DNA from: Tricharina praecox
Taxonomy: Eukaryota
Direction of reading: 5' to 3'
Length of the DNA: 64,000 bases
NCBI RefSeq assembly: GCF_024521635.1
Contig: NW_026250409.1
Location: 1,178,001 to 1,242,000 of the forward strand
The position numbers and the translations under genes are program-made. Within the stretch, counting starts at the first letter, position 1. Every line of letters starts with the position of its first letter. This document shows positions 27,454 through 38,700 of this stretch, piece after piece. Below the pieces are notes generated by a model. That model searched no databases and was not told the DNA's origin. It saw only the letters and a program-made list of their open reading frames with translations.

Positions 27454-27723
27454 CAGAGGGTTCCTCCCCCCCTCCCGCCGGCAGCACAAGCTGCTGCTGC
27501 TGCTGCTGAGACTCGGATCAACGTGTATCCAGTCCGGGACTCGCACGACAGGCCACAGCTTTTCGTTCGTGTTCACAGTTCCGGTTATGACGGTAACACC
27601 GACCGACCGCACCGACCGCACAGTCCACCCTCCAGCAAGCCAAAGAAAAGCATGTCAGCACCTAGTAATAGTGTGGGATATAAAGCACCAGAACGTTCCC
27701 CTCCGCAGAGCACATAGACTCAG

Positions 27724-28125
27724 AGCCTATTCTGGTGCCAGCTGCATTTTCAAGCCTTGAGTTTATGACGGATTGAAGGTTAACTGGAGTATGTACCTGC
27801 CAAAGCTGCAGCTGCAAACTCTCATCTCCCCCGATGACCCGTTCGGCAACCCAGATATTCATAATCCATCAGCACGCCATACTTTTTTCTGACTATGTAC
27901 GAGGCTATATATGCTGGTATTTAACTACTGCTGGTTGTCCGCAGAGTTCGTTTGTATTCTGGCTCAATCAACAGTATGCAGTTTCTCCATTGTTAACTTG
28001 GGCTGGTGTGCTCTACCGAACGCTCACCCATCATCGCCTGGAAAGTTGAAACTGGGGGTTTCAAACTGCTTCTCTCTCAGTTTTGCGTGGTAGATTCGTA
28101 ATGCAGTTGACAACCGAACTGGGCC
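27724..28125. mobile_element. Non-autonomous foldback DNA transposon (MITE), copy 1
   Basis: Colinear similarity along its whole length to 46880-47252. Degenerate TIRs AGCCTATTCTGGTGCCAGCTGCATTTT ... TAATGCAGTTGACAACCGAACTGGGCC. Direct repeat TAGACTCAG at 27715-27723 and 28130-28138. Confidence 0.75.
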
Positions 28126-28907
28126 TAGGTAGACTCAGTAAACTGTACCTGGAACAGCCGATACGTCGGGCCTCACTGCCATTACGAATTATAGGCGCAA
28201 GGTGAGGCACCACTTACCCTCACACCCGAGTACCGTACCCGAGTACCGTACTCGAGTACACGCCCCGTTGGTGGCCACTGACCAGCCCGGGCAACTTCCG
28301 CGCCGTCTGCTATATAACTGCTGACAGCCAAACCTCTCTACCATGTATGTACTTTGTATATACACCCGCTGCGGAAGTTGGAAGTTGGAACGGGAGGCCA
28401 CAATACACACCCCCCACCCCCACCAGCCACCGCTAGTTACAGTACTCCAGACTCCAGTTGATAGTCAGCGGCCGGTGCAACCGCACACACGCAGCGCAGC
28501 GCCGCAGAACTCCCGGATGACTCGCTCACCTGCATACAGCATTGGACCGTACCGTACCGTATTGGAATGAAAGGAAACAAGAAGGAATAACTACAATGCC
28601 AAGACGGGGTGCGGCGGCGGCGGCGGCGGCGGGAAGTGGCGGCGGCAGGATGTGGCTGGAGGTAGCTTGCTTGATCTGATCTGGCGACGGGCTGGTTCGT
28701 CATGTACGACTCACGGCTCATGAGAACCCACGGCAGGGCTGAGGACTGGGCATCTTGGTGGTTATGTACATATGGCACTTGATCTTTGCTAGGCTCAATA
28801 TACCACACTAATCTTACCACGTTTATAGTTATAACCTTTAGAAGTTTACAGTACCCCACGTAACACCTTAACACCTTAACACATAACCTTCCAAGATCTG
28901 ACGCTGA

Positions 28908-29027
28908 GCCCTGCTGGTCCCGGCCCTGAAAGTCAAGCTGGTTCTGATCCTGATTATTCAGTTGGTTTCGGCCCTGATAATCTAGCCGGTTTCGGTCCTG
29001 GTAGCCAAGCTGGTTCTTGCCATGATA
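28908..29027 (-). repeat. Degenerate 24-bp tandem repeat x5, translating as Q/N-rich octapeptides
   Basis: YHGKNQLG/YQDRNRLD/YQGRNQLN/NQDQNQLD/FQGRDQQG within ORF 28437..29135. Confidence 0.8.
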
Positions 29028-30571
29028 GTTCTGCTGATCAACTTCCTCCTGGTCGTCGTCCACGAATCGAATGGGTTGACTCTGTCTCCACGAGCCAGTC
29101 GATCCTTCTGCCTCACTTTCGAGATTCGAGACCAACTACCTTGTATCATACACCCTCGCACTTCCTTCGAGTTCCAAGATACGGTACGGTACCTATGCCA
29201 GTGTCAAGACTCCCCGAGTGAAACTATCGAGTACCTAGTCCACCAGAGAACTGCTTGGCCAGCGTGTTCAGCATGCCGGTAAATTGTTCCATAATTCCAT
29301 AGCTCCATGGATCCGTAGTTCCATAGGTAGTATCATAAACCTTATATAAATCTACCTCCCCCGCCACCGTTCTGGTCCCCGTCCCCGTCCTCCGCTTCAA
29401 CTACCAGTGCCAGTACCAGCCAGGTCCGCACAGCTGCTGGCTGGCTGGCTGGCTGGCTGATTGAGCATTCGCCAAACGCAGCGTTCCCAGTGCATACCTT
29501 CCTACCCACCTGGACACTCACCACCAATTCACCAAACCCGCCAGTCCGTCAGTCCGTATACTACGGCATACATGCAGCCAGCATCGGCACCGACAATCCC
29601 TCAGGAAACCACGCCCACCTACCTACCCAGGTACCCCGCGCCGTCATCATGGTCGAAGTACACATCCGCAGTTGCTCCCCCACGGGCCACGGGGCTGCGG
29701 CAACCCCCGAGTCCCACCTCCTGTAGAGTATTTAAACCTTCGCTGCGTCAATGCGTCACTGCGCCCTACCTGTAACCCGTGGCGAAAGCCTATGTATGGA
29801 GCAGCAGCAGGAGCAGGAGCAAGCTTGGATTTACAGGGTAAATTCCACCGCTCAACTCTGTTCCACACGGTTCAATACCCCGCGGTGCGGGTGGGCGGGC
29901 GAGCGTCCAGGGACGTGTAGACGTCTTGGGGGATATGCCCAGGCCACAGCGTAGTCTCAACGGTCCCAACGGTCCCGACGGAACGCACGGTGTGTTCGGC
30001 GGTCCGAACCGGGGACTGGGAGCACTGCGCGGATCAGACTTCCCCGTGTGGTGTGGAAACTACGTGGACGGTAGATGGGTGAAAGTGTTTATACCCCTCT
30101 TCACCCCGCCTCCCCGAATGTCCTGGAACAACGGTAGAACAACAGTCTAGATTCTCAGAGGAGGCCATAGATAATCACCTGTTGCTGATGAGTGATTCCA
30201 CTCTCCCCCCCACCCCGCCATATACACGAATAAATCGCCAATCCTATCCCAAAAAAACCTCCCAAACACCAAAAAGAACAAGAAGAAAAAAGAAGAAAAA
30301 GCCACTGAAAAAAAGCCAGCTATATAGATGTAAGCCGAAGCCTCCCGTACTTGTATGACATGTAGCCCCAGCACCGCCGACACCTATCAAAGCCACAGAA
30401 AAGAAGAACCAAGATACCTTCACAACTCTCGAACAGAAATCCCAGAAAAACGCCGCCGCCGTGCCAATTTCCAAACACCGTACAAAGGTATAGGAGGTAT
30501 AGGTATATCGAGAAAAATGTGCCGAATCTACGGTACGCCAGATGAATCTCTACCGGTGATCGCGTATTCGC

Positions 30572-31690
30572 CTACCCGAGCGAGCGCTTGACTTTCTCAT
30601 AGACCAAGAATGTAATGCACGTTGCTGGTAGTGTGCGCGCGACATTGGCTCCAAGGCTGCAAGTAAAGCAAAGTAGTCAGCTTCCGCAACCTCAAGACAA
30701 ACATGGACTCTCACTCACCCCTTGTAGAACCCACGGAGTCCCTCGCCCTTCCAGATCTTTATCGCGACGTCTCGGGGACCGTTGTAGCCTTTGTCCACAT
30801 TCTGCGTCCGGGTCTGGATCACCTTGAGGGGGCACGAGAAGATGTACGCTGCGGACTTGCCTGTGCCACTACACATGATGAAGTCCGTAGTGCCCAACTC
30901 GGAGCCCTTCTGCGCAAGCCGCCATTCCTTGAGTCGCTCGTAAATCGTGAACTGTACGGACCCGTGGCCGACGGCGAAGAGCGCGGGCGTGAGCCCCTTG
31001 AAGAGACCGCGGACACCACTCTCGGCCAAGATGTTTTTCAGGCCGATCAACATCGAGGGGTACTTGTCAGAAGGCGAGGCGGCGTTGGCTAGCATCCGGG
31101 TTTTGATGATCCATAAAGGATTGGTGAGGATAGTGGTCACCACACCCGCGGCGCTAGAGGCGACGAAGTAATCGGCCGAATCCAACTTGTTACCGTAGAA
31201 CCGAGTTTTTATATCGCCATAACTACACCCAACACCCATCAGCATAAAGAATTCAGAGGAGGAACGGGGAACGGGGGGGACCCACAACACGAAGTACAGC
31301 GCCCAACCAGAGGCGTTACCGACCATGTTCACCGGCAATCCGCGATACAGACCGCCAAAGAAGCCCTTACCCTCGTGGAGATACAAGTGCTTCAAAATCC
31401 TGTAGGAGGCTCCAAATCTGCGAGACTGGTTCGAGCTGTCGGCTGCGCAAAGTTAGCGATGCGCCGCAGACGTCGGATTGAACTGGGTTGAGCGAACCTT
31501 GGAGGCGCGTCTTAACCGTGTCCAATGGGTGTCCTATCACCGTTCCGCAGGCTCCAGCGCAGAGACCGGCGATCGTGTCGGTCACCACCGCCGGGAAGCC
31601 GAGGCCTTTGCGAGGAGTAGGAGGTCCTTCAATATCTCCGGGCGGCGGCGGCGGAGGGAGTGTGTCGTTCTGGCTCCCGATGGAAGCCAT
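30572..31690 (-). CDS. Mitochondrial carrier family protein, FAD/folate (Flx1-like) subgroup, 4 exons
   Basis: Three carrier motifs PLDTVKTRLQ, PLWIIKTRML and PLKVIQTRTQ, plus GLYRGL, GLFKGL and GFYKG|LG segments. Ends ...CITFLVYEKVKRSLG*. Substrate assignment is an inference. Confidence 0.85.
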
Positions 31691-32321
31691 GTTGAGCGTT
31701 GATATGTCGGTTGGTGTCGTTGGTTGGTGGTTTAATGGTGTTGCGGATTATGGAGGGGTAGTGGAAGGAAGGAAGGAAGGAAAGAAGGCGGGGCGCGATT
31801 GTTGGTTAAGCTGGAGGAGAGCCTCGACACTCGGCATGCGAGGGTCCCGACGGTGATGCGGGCTCGGCGGCGACTCGTGAAGCGGTTGAACGGGCGGGTG
31901 GGGCGGCCATGGCCACGACGACGGGATGCTGCGAATGCGGGAGTGTGCGCGGGCGGGCGGGCAGGCAGAGGAGCGATGTCATCGCCATCGGTAGTTGGCT
32001 TAACCGAATCGGTACCACGGCCACTGCCCACCCATGGGTGGGATGGGCCATGCAATGTGCATTCCCGGCCCCCGTAAGCGCGGTAGAGCAGATTTTCGAG
32101 CAGGCAAAATCACCGCGAGCTCGGGGGTCGGAAACGAGTTACACAATGGGGTTGGTTTGGATGACATTCGTATATATTCTACACTGCTATGGCCATCCAT
32201 CTCGCCGTCCGGGCCAGGCCCGCCTTCGGAAACCACACATTCAATTCCATGATAGTCGTACAAGAAGCATTACTCTAGCCCCGTTCCCCTCCATCCCCAA
32301 TTTTCAGCACATCACTGGCGT

Positions 32322-32608
32322 CTAAGCCAAAGGCGAGATGAGACTGCAAAACGGCCGTCTATTAGCTGCGCCCGCCAGACAAGAAGGACGGGGACATATG
32401 TACCGAATCAACGCAGGCTTGGGCTCGCTCCGAGTGTAGCCAAGGTAGATGATGAGGGGCAGGTAGCCGTAGTGGATAGCGACGCGCGAGAGGTCAATGA
32501 TGCGGGAGATTCTCTCCTACAGGCACATTAGCATTCGTTCGGCGTCGCTTTGAGGAGGAGAATTGTGATTTCCAAGTAACGAACCTTGGTCTCTTCGGAA
32601 AGCTGCAT
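32322..32608 (-). CDS. TOM7: TOM complex small subunit Tom7 (52 aa). Exons 32608-32585, 32516-32404, 32343-32322
   Basis: Splicing two introns (GTTCGT..GCTAAT..TAG and GTACAT..GCTAAT..CAG) gives [52 protein letters not shown], with the [12 protein letters not shown] Tom7 signature. Absent from the ORF track. Confidence 0.93.
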
Positions 32609-32833
32609 GGCGATGTCGGTTCGTGTGGGGATTTTGGTGTGGTGGAGTAGAGCTGCGTGGGGCACGATCGATGAACAAGCTGTGTCTTTCGGAAAGAAGA
32701 AATCTTAACCAGCAACCCGAGAACATGTGACTTGAGCCTCCTGCGGCTCTCCCGCACAGTCCTCGGTTTCAATCTCTCCGCATACGTCACAAATCCAGTG
32801 GTTCAATCCACCCGACCAAAAAAGAAACAAAAA

Positions 32834-34123
32834 ATGGTCGAACTCTGTCCGCCAGCAGCACTTGGTCCCTTGCCTCCTCCTCTACAACTATCGCCGCAGC
32901 CACCGCCGCCACTTTTCAATCGCGAGGATTCACGACCGCCAGCTCAACTACAGACAACGCCGATACCACAATCACAGGAACAATCCTCCCTTATCATAAC
33001 CCCAGACCACATGCCCCAGGGTTTGTAGTTCCTCGTCATCCCCATCCTTGTGCTCTCGGGGCGAGCATGCCGATTAACCGGCAAACAGAAATCCACATCT
33101 CACTCGCCGAATATGTTGCTCTAACCTCCGGGCGGACCTCCTCCAAGTGCTCCTCTCATCCCATCTATATCCTCGGCCTTACTGACCCCCAGCAGCTGGT
33201 CCTTCGCTCACGGTCTCCTCCTCGGCCAGCTCAGCGTTCTATTGTTGACGATAGTCTTCATCCGCTTCTTCATCTTCGGTCCGACACCGTCGACGCCTCC
33301 GCCGCCCAACCGGCGCATCACCAAGAAGCGATCGTCCTTGCTTCGCGCTCCCCCACCGGCGACCATCGGCACGATCCTCAACAAAACATACTACAACGTG
33401 TCCTCGCACCAGCCCGAGTCCCTCGACTGGTTCAACGTCTTGATCGCACAAACGCTCGCGCAATTCCGCGCGGACGCGGTAGCAGACGATGCTTTGCTCA
33501 ACTCTCTGCGCAGCGTTCTCAACAGCGGGAAGAAACCCGACTTCTTGGGCGAGGTGACGGTGTCGGAGGTTGCGCTGGGCGACGAGTTCCCGATCTTCAG
33601 CAACTGCCGGATCTCGCCCTCGGAGGATGACCCGGGTCAGCTGCAGGCCCGCATGGACGTCGACTTGAACGACGTGCTCACGCTGGGGATCGAGACGAAG
33701 CTGATACTGAACTGGCCGCGGCCGAAGGTCGCGGTGCTACCCGTCGCCCTCGCAGTGTCCATCCTGCGCTTCTCAGGGACGCTGCAGATCGCGTTTATTC
33801 CTAGCCCCGAGGGCAGCGGGAATTCGACCACGCTGGCGTTCAGCTTTCTCGATGATTATAGACTCGATATCAGCGTGCGCAGCTTGCTCGGGAGTAGATC
33901 GAGACTGCAGGATGTGCCCAAGATTGCGCAGCTCGTCGAGAGCAAGCTGCATCAGTGGATCGATGAGAGATGTGTCGAGCCGAGGTTTCAGCAGATTGTT
34001 CTGCCAAGTTTGTGGCCGAGGAAAAAGACGACGAGGGAGCAGCAGAGGGCCGGCGAAGAGACGGACATGCTCGAGCTTGCGCCGGATGGCGTCAGGAGGC
34101 GGAGGGGGACTATGAGTGGGTAA
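32834..34123 (+). CDS. MMM1: ERMES subunit Mmm1 (TM anchor + SMP domain); 5' exon structure and start (32834 or 33011) uncertain
   Basis: [24 protein letters not shown] segment, [37 protein letters not shown] and [38 protein letters not shown]. Confidence 0.92.
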
Positions 34124-34433
34124 TTTGCCGTGATGTGAATGGTTATGTTGACGAATGATGATGAGACGGTCTTTTTTCTTCTTTTTTTTGAACACAATTC
34201 CTCCGTATCAATAAGACTGGCTAGATGGAATGATCAACTTTTTTTTTGTAAAAGTAGGTGAAGGACAAGCAGCATCCATAGCACAGTTCAGTCCCACTCG
34301 ATGCACATCCACAACGGCAAAGAGCCGATACTGCCTAAAAACAACCATAAACACTAGTACAATCACCACCATTTCAACAAATCCAACAATCAGATATCTA
34401 TCCTACAGTACCCTCACGCGAGACCTATCCATG

Positions 34434-37315
34434 TCAACCCTCCATCTTGACCTCCATCTTCATATCAACCTCAGCCTCAGCCTCATCCTTAGCCTCAACC
34501 TTAGCCTCAACCTCAGTCTCGTCGACATCGGCCATCTTGACCTCCACATTCCCATACCCATTCCCATTCGCGCTCTTATTGATCTGCAACGTGCCATCCT
34601 CGCCGACCTCAAACATCCTCCTGAACGCGCGTAGCCAGCCCTTAGCCCACCACTGAACCCAGACACGGTTCTCTCCGTTGGCACTCTCGTCCTCGTCCTT
34701 CAGCAGAGCCAGCTCGCCGAGGCGCTTCTCGACCTCGGAGAGGATTAGCGCCTGCTCGGCCTCCGCATTCGTCAGCGTCTCCTCAAACTGGTCAATCTGT
34801 TCCTTTGTCACGCCTTCGGCGCCAAGCACACTAGGCTTCGCGGCCACGATCTGGCGGACACGGTTGTTAACCTTGTTGATAGTTGTGGCGACCATTTCCC
34901 ACGCGTAGGTCTTTGCGAGCGCCTCGGGGCCGGCGTCGTACAGGACCCACTCGACTACGGAGATGGGCGCGACCACAGAGTAGTTGAGGAGCTTGTCGAC
35001 TACGTTGGCACCGATACCGGGCTGGTCTTTCCAGTAGCTTAGTACTGAACCTACGATTTGTCGGCGCGCATCGGGGTGCTCGAGGCCTATCGCTAACAGC
35101 TTCTCTTTGCAGCGCTCTATGCAGGAGAGAACGTGTGAGAGGGATTTAGCACCGATATGGCAGATACAGGTAATATATGCATCGCGGGCCAGTGCACGGG
35201 GGTCGGAGGCATCAGCAAGACCCTTTTCGGCAGCGAGGTCAGCGATGATTTGGATCATCGGCTCGATTTCTTCCTCTTCTTTGCGTTCGCTGACGGCGAT
35301 GAGGAGGGCCTTTCCTTCGGTCTTGAAAGGGTTTTCTATACAACTAGTCAGCAGTGGCGCCTCGGATAAGGCGCGAGCATACACATACCAGTCAAGTCGA
35401 ACTTGAAGACAGGCTGCTCCTTCTCCCTCTCCTCCGGAATGAGCTCCTTGAAGGCATCCGGCAAAGTTCCCTTGATTCTCGTGGCAAAACTCAAACGAAT
35501 CTCCTTCTCTAACGATCCCAAGATGAAAGCCTTCTTCGGGTGCACATCGGCGAAGTTGAGATGCTCGCTCCATTCGGTCCACTTCCACGTGTAACCAAAG
35601 TTACTCAGATGGTGCGAGAACCAGTCGGTAAACCGGTTGATCAACTCGATATCGATGATCTCTAGATTTCGGTACATGAACCTGATGGCTCTTCCCAAGC
35701 TAGGCGCAATTGCGGCAGGAGCGAGCTTACACAGCTCGGTCAGGATTGAGTGGTAGTACACCAGCTTGTGAACTGGGGTAGGCAGTCTGAAGAGCTGGCT
35801 GAAGATGGCATCGACGGCAACGTCTTCCGGCTTCCAGGAGGAGAGTTGGTCGCCATTTGCGACCTCGGTAACGCGGTCGTAGGGAGTCGCCCGTTTGATG
35901 AACGATTTGGGGTTGAAGAAACAGTCTACCTCGATCAAGAATCGAGAAACGGACATCCGGTTGCAGTCGAGGATGTTGATGGTGTCGACGATGGCGTCGC
36001 GGAACAAGCTGCTGGCCAGGTCGCCTGGAGGTGGGACGGTCTCAATGGGCTGGTCGGCAAAGACCGAGAGGTACATGTCTGGGAATAGCAGGGACTTGTC
36101 CACCGGGTATTCGTCGGGAATCACAAGTTCAGGGAGATCGTGGGCTGTCCCCGAAGCTGCGATATCGTTCCATGGCGTTGGCAGACACTGTATGGTGGTG
36201 AAGTCGTTGTCCCTTACACCGGTCAAGAAGAGGTTCAGATTCAACGTCAGAGCCCGTGCCATCTACAACCGACGTCAGTACCTACACTGCGGAAGCAAGG
36301 GAGGGCGTCTTACGTGCTGACCTTCGAATCGAGGGTCATTGTATGGTGCTGTGTTGCCAGCGAAAGGGTCGAAGAGACTCTGCATGGGTGCTTTGATGAG
36401 CGTAAACCTATCGAGCTTCTCGAGCAAGGCGGTCGCGATCGACTCGTCAAAGTCCGACGTTGAAACAATCGCATACGGGATGGTGATCAAGATGATGTAA
36501 AGAATCTCCAGCAGCAATCCCTAGGAGCCTGTCAGCCACCTTCCGTTCAGCCCCCAAGCTCGTCCCAAACAAACCTCATTCCCTTCACCCTCATACGAGG
36601 GGAGCTTCTCGGTGAGCGCGTCCAGTATCGGGCCGACACCTGGTTTACCACACATGTCTCCCAGACACGCAAAGAACCGCAGCCTAAGCTTAACCCTCTG
36701 GAAGTCGCCGATCTGTAGCTCCCTCTGCAGCGCCTCCGCCATATTGTCGATGACCGCCTTACCGGCCTCTTCGCTCTCGGAGTTCGCGACTCTGACGATC
36801 GTGGCTACGAACGGGATCTTGAACGGCTGCTCGACAACACTGTACACACCCTCAGTCAGCCCCCAATCCATCCTTCCTTCCACCATTCCCCGGCGATGGC
36901 TGTAGCAGTAGTCGTAGGGGGGACAATAACCTACAGATCATGTAGACACTGCACATATCCCTCGCGGAAATCCTCATCCGCGAACCCGGCGGTGAACCCG
37001 GTAGCAATGTTCTTGATCGCATCCTCAATTTTGACCAGCGGCGATTCGGCAATCTGTATAGTCTCGCGCTTCAACCGTTGCAGTGGATCTTCGCGTTCGT
37101 ACCGGCCGCCGCGTCCGCCGCCGCCACGGGGATGGTCTCCATCGGCTTCCTCTGGACATCCACAACGAATTCAGCACTTGACTTGCTTCGCACAAGGGGG
37201 CCACGCAATACAAAAGCAACACAAAAGCAACACATCACATACCAGACCGATGCCGTCTCTTGGGCGCCCTTCTGTTTCCGTCTCTGTTATTTCCGCCGCG
37301 GTAGTAGTCCCCCAT
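34434..37315 (-). CDS. STO1: Nuclear cap-binding complex large subunit (Cbp80/Sto1/NCBP1), multi-exon
   Basis: N-terminal basic NLS-like PKRRHR, then VVEQPFKIPFVA, WKPEDVAVDAIFSQLFRLP..HKLVYYHSILTELCKLAPAAIAPSLGRAIRF, WFSHHLSNFGYTWKW and IGAKSLSHVLSCIERCKE. Confidence 0.9.
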
Positions 37316-37612
37316 TTCCGTCGGTTTGGCTGGGGCGGTTCGGGTGGTTCGGGTATTCTCGTGACGACGTTGCTTCGTGTCCGGTGTGCAATTGCGATTG
37401 ATTCCCCAGGGTCTCCTTTGGTAAACTTTTCTCTCGAGTTGTGGGTGCAGACTGGTGTGGGTGGTGTGTGTGTGTCCTTCGCGTCGTTCACGTCTAACGA
37501 ACTAACTAATCGGCAGAGCCCAATCATTCGCTCACCGTCTTGGCGCGAAAACCTAACCCCAACTTGGAGATCCCAGCGAAGCGAAACGGAACATCAAAAA
37601 ACCCCCACCACC

Positions 37613-38051
37613 ATGACCGCCGACACCTTGCCCATCACCGTGGAGTTCAGGTATCACCGTCCCGATGCTGCCCGTGGGGTTGCCGGCCGGTCTGCTAACC
37701 ATGGCTACACAGCGGCGGATTGGAACTCCTCTTCGCCAACAAGCGCACGCACAAGCTGCAGCTGCCAGCTGTCGACCCATCCACGGCGTCCGCAACAACG
37801 ATCGCGTACCTCGTAGACCACCTATCCACGCTGATGGCGGACTCGCGGAAGGAGCTATTTATTGTCGATGGAACAGTGTATGTCCCAACCAATCAAGCTA
37901 CGGGAGGAAGGGAAAGTACTGAGATAGCGGAAGGCGGCCGGGGATCCTGGTGCTCATCAATGATGCCGACTGGGAGCTCGAGGACGAGGAGCGGTATGTC
38001 CTCCAGGCTGGGGATACAGTGCTGTTTGTATCCACTCTGCATGGTGGCTAG
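37613..38051 (+). CDS. URM1: Ubiquitin-related modifier Urm1, 3 exons
   Basis: [20 protein letters not shown]...[48 protein letters not shown], with the C-terminal LHGG. Confidence 0.95.
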
Positions 38052-38563
38052 AATACATCATTGCTTGCTTGCTGGCCGTGTGTAGTGATCGAAACAACCC
38101 CCGCCTGAACCAATAGTTTGATCATCGTTTGTCACCCGCTCGGCATAATTGATCGATCCACCCGTAGGCCTTATTACGGCGCTTGGTAACGTGCGCCTGC
38201 TACATGTGCATGTTGTATCTACGGATGGGATCAATTGTCAGTCATCACTGCCCAAGCAAGAAACAAAAGGTGTGCGAGTTCAGTATTGAAGATCTAGAGG
38301 GCGGCCAAGCACTACATTACCCCCCTCAGCCTACCCCATCCACCGAGACCAGCACAACCATCCAGGCACCATCTACTTAATGCAATGAACCACAGCGCGC
38401 ATACCATACTTCCCACCAACACGAAACTCACCGCCGTCCCTCGAAAACCCCGTGATCACCGTAGACATCCATGATCCATCCATCCCTCACTTGCCGAACG
38501 CCGCATGCCACGTCGGGGCTTGCAAGGCACCCTGACGGTAAACTAGCCGCCATATTGAGATTC

Positions 38564-38700
38564 TCAGCCTGGTCTGGTGCACTTGGAACCAGTGCTGTTG
38601 CACCGCTGACACGTCTTCCCGCGAAGCACTTTTCCATCATGGCGTTGATCTCGGAGAACGGACGACGTCTCGCACGTGAGTGCGCCGAGACTCTGCGGCC
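38564..38700 (-). pseudogene. Possible decayed Zn(II)2Cys6 DNA-binding-domain relic
   Basis: One frame reads TCETSSVLRDQRHDGKVLRGKTCQRCNSTGSKCTRPG*. The second half (CxxC-x6-C) is intact; two of the first three Cys are missing. Confidence 0.2.

Noticed and set aside
33021..33195. Stwintron (nested intron) explanation for the MMM1 5' introns
   Set aside because: Removing the first intron does not reconstitute a GT donor (it gives G|AAATCC).
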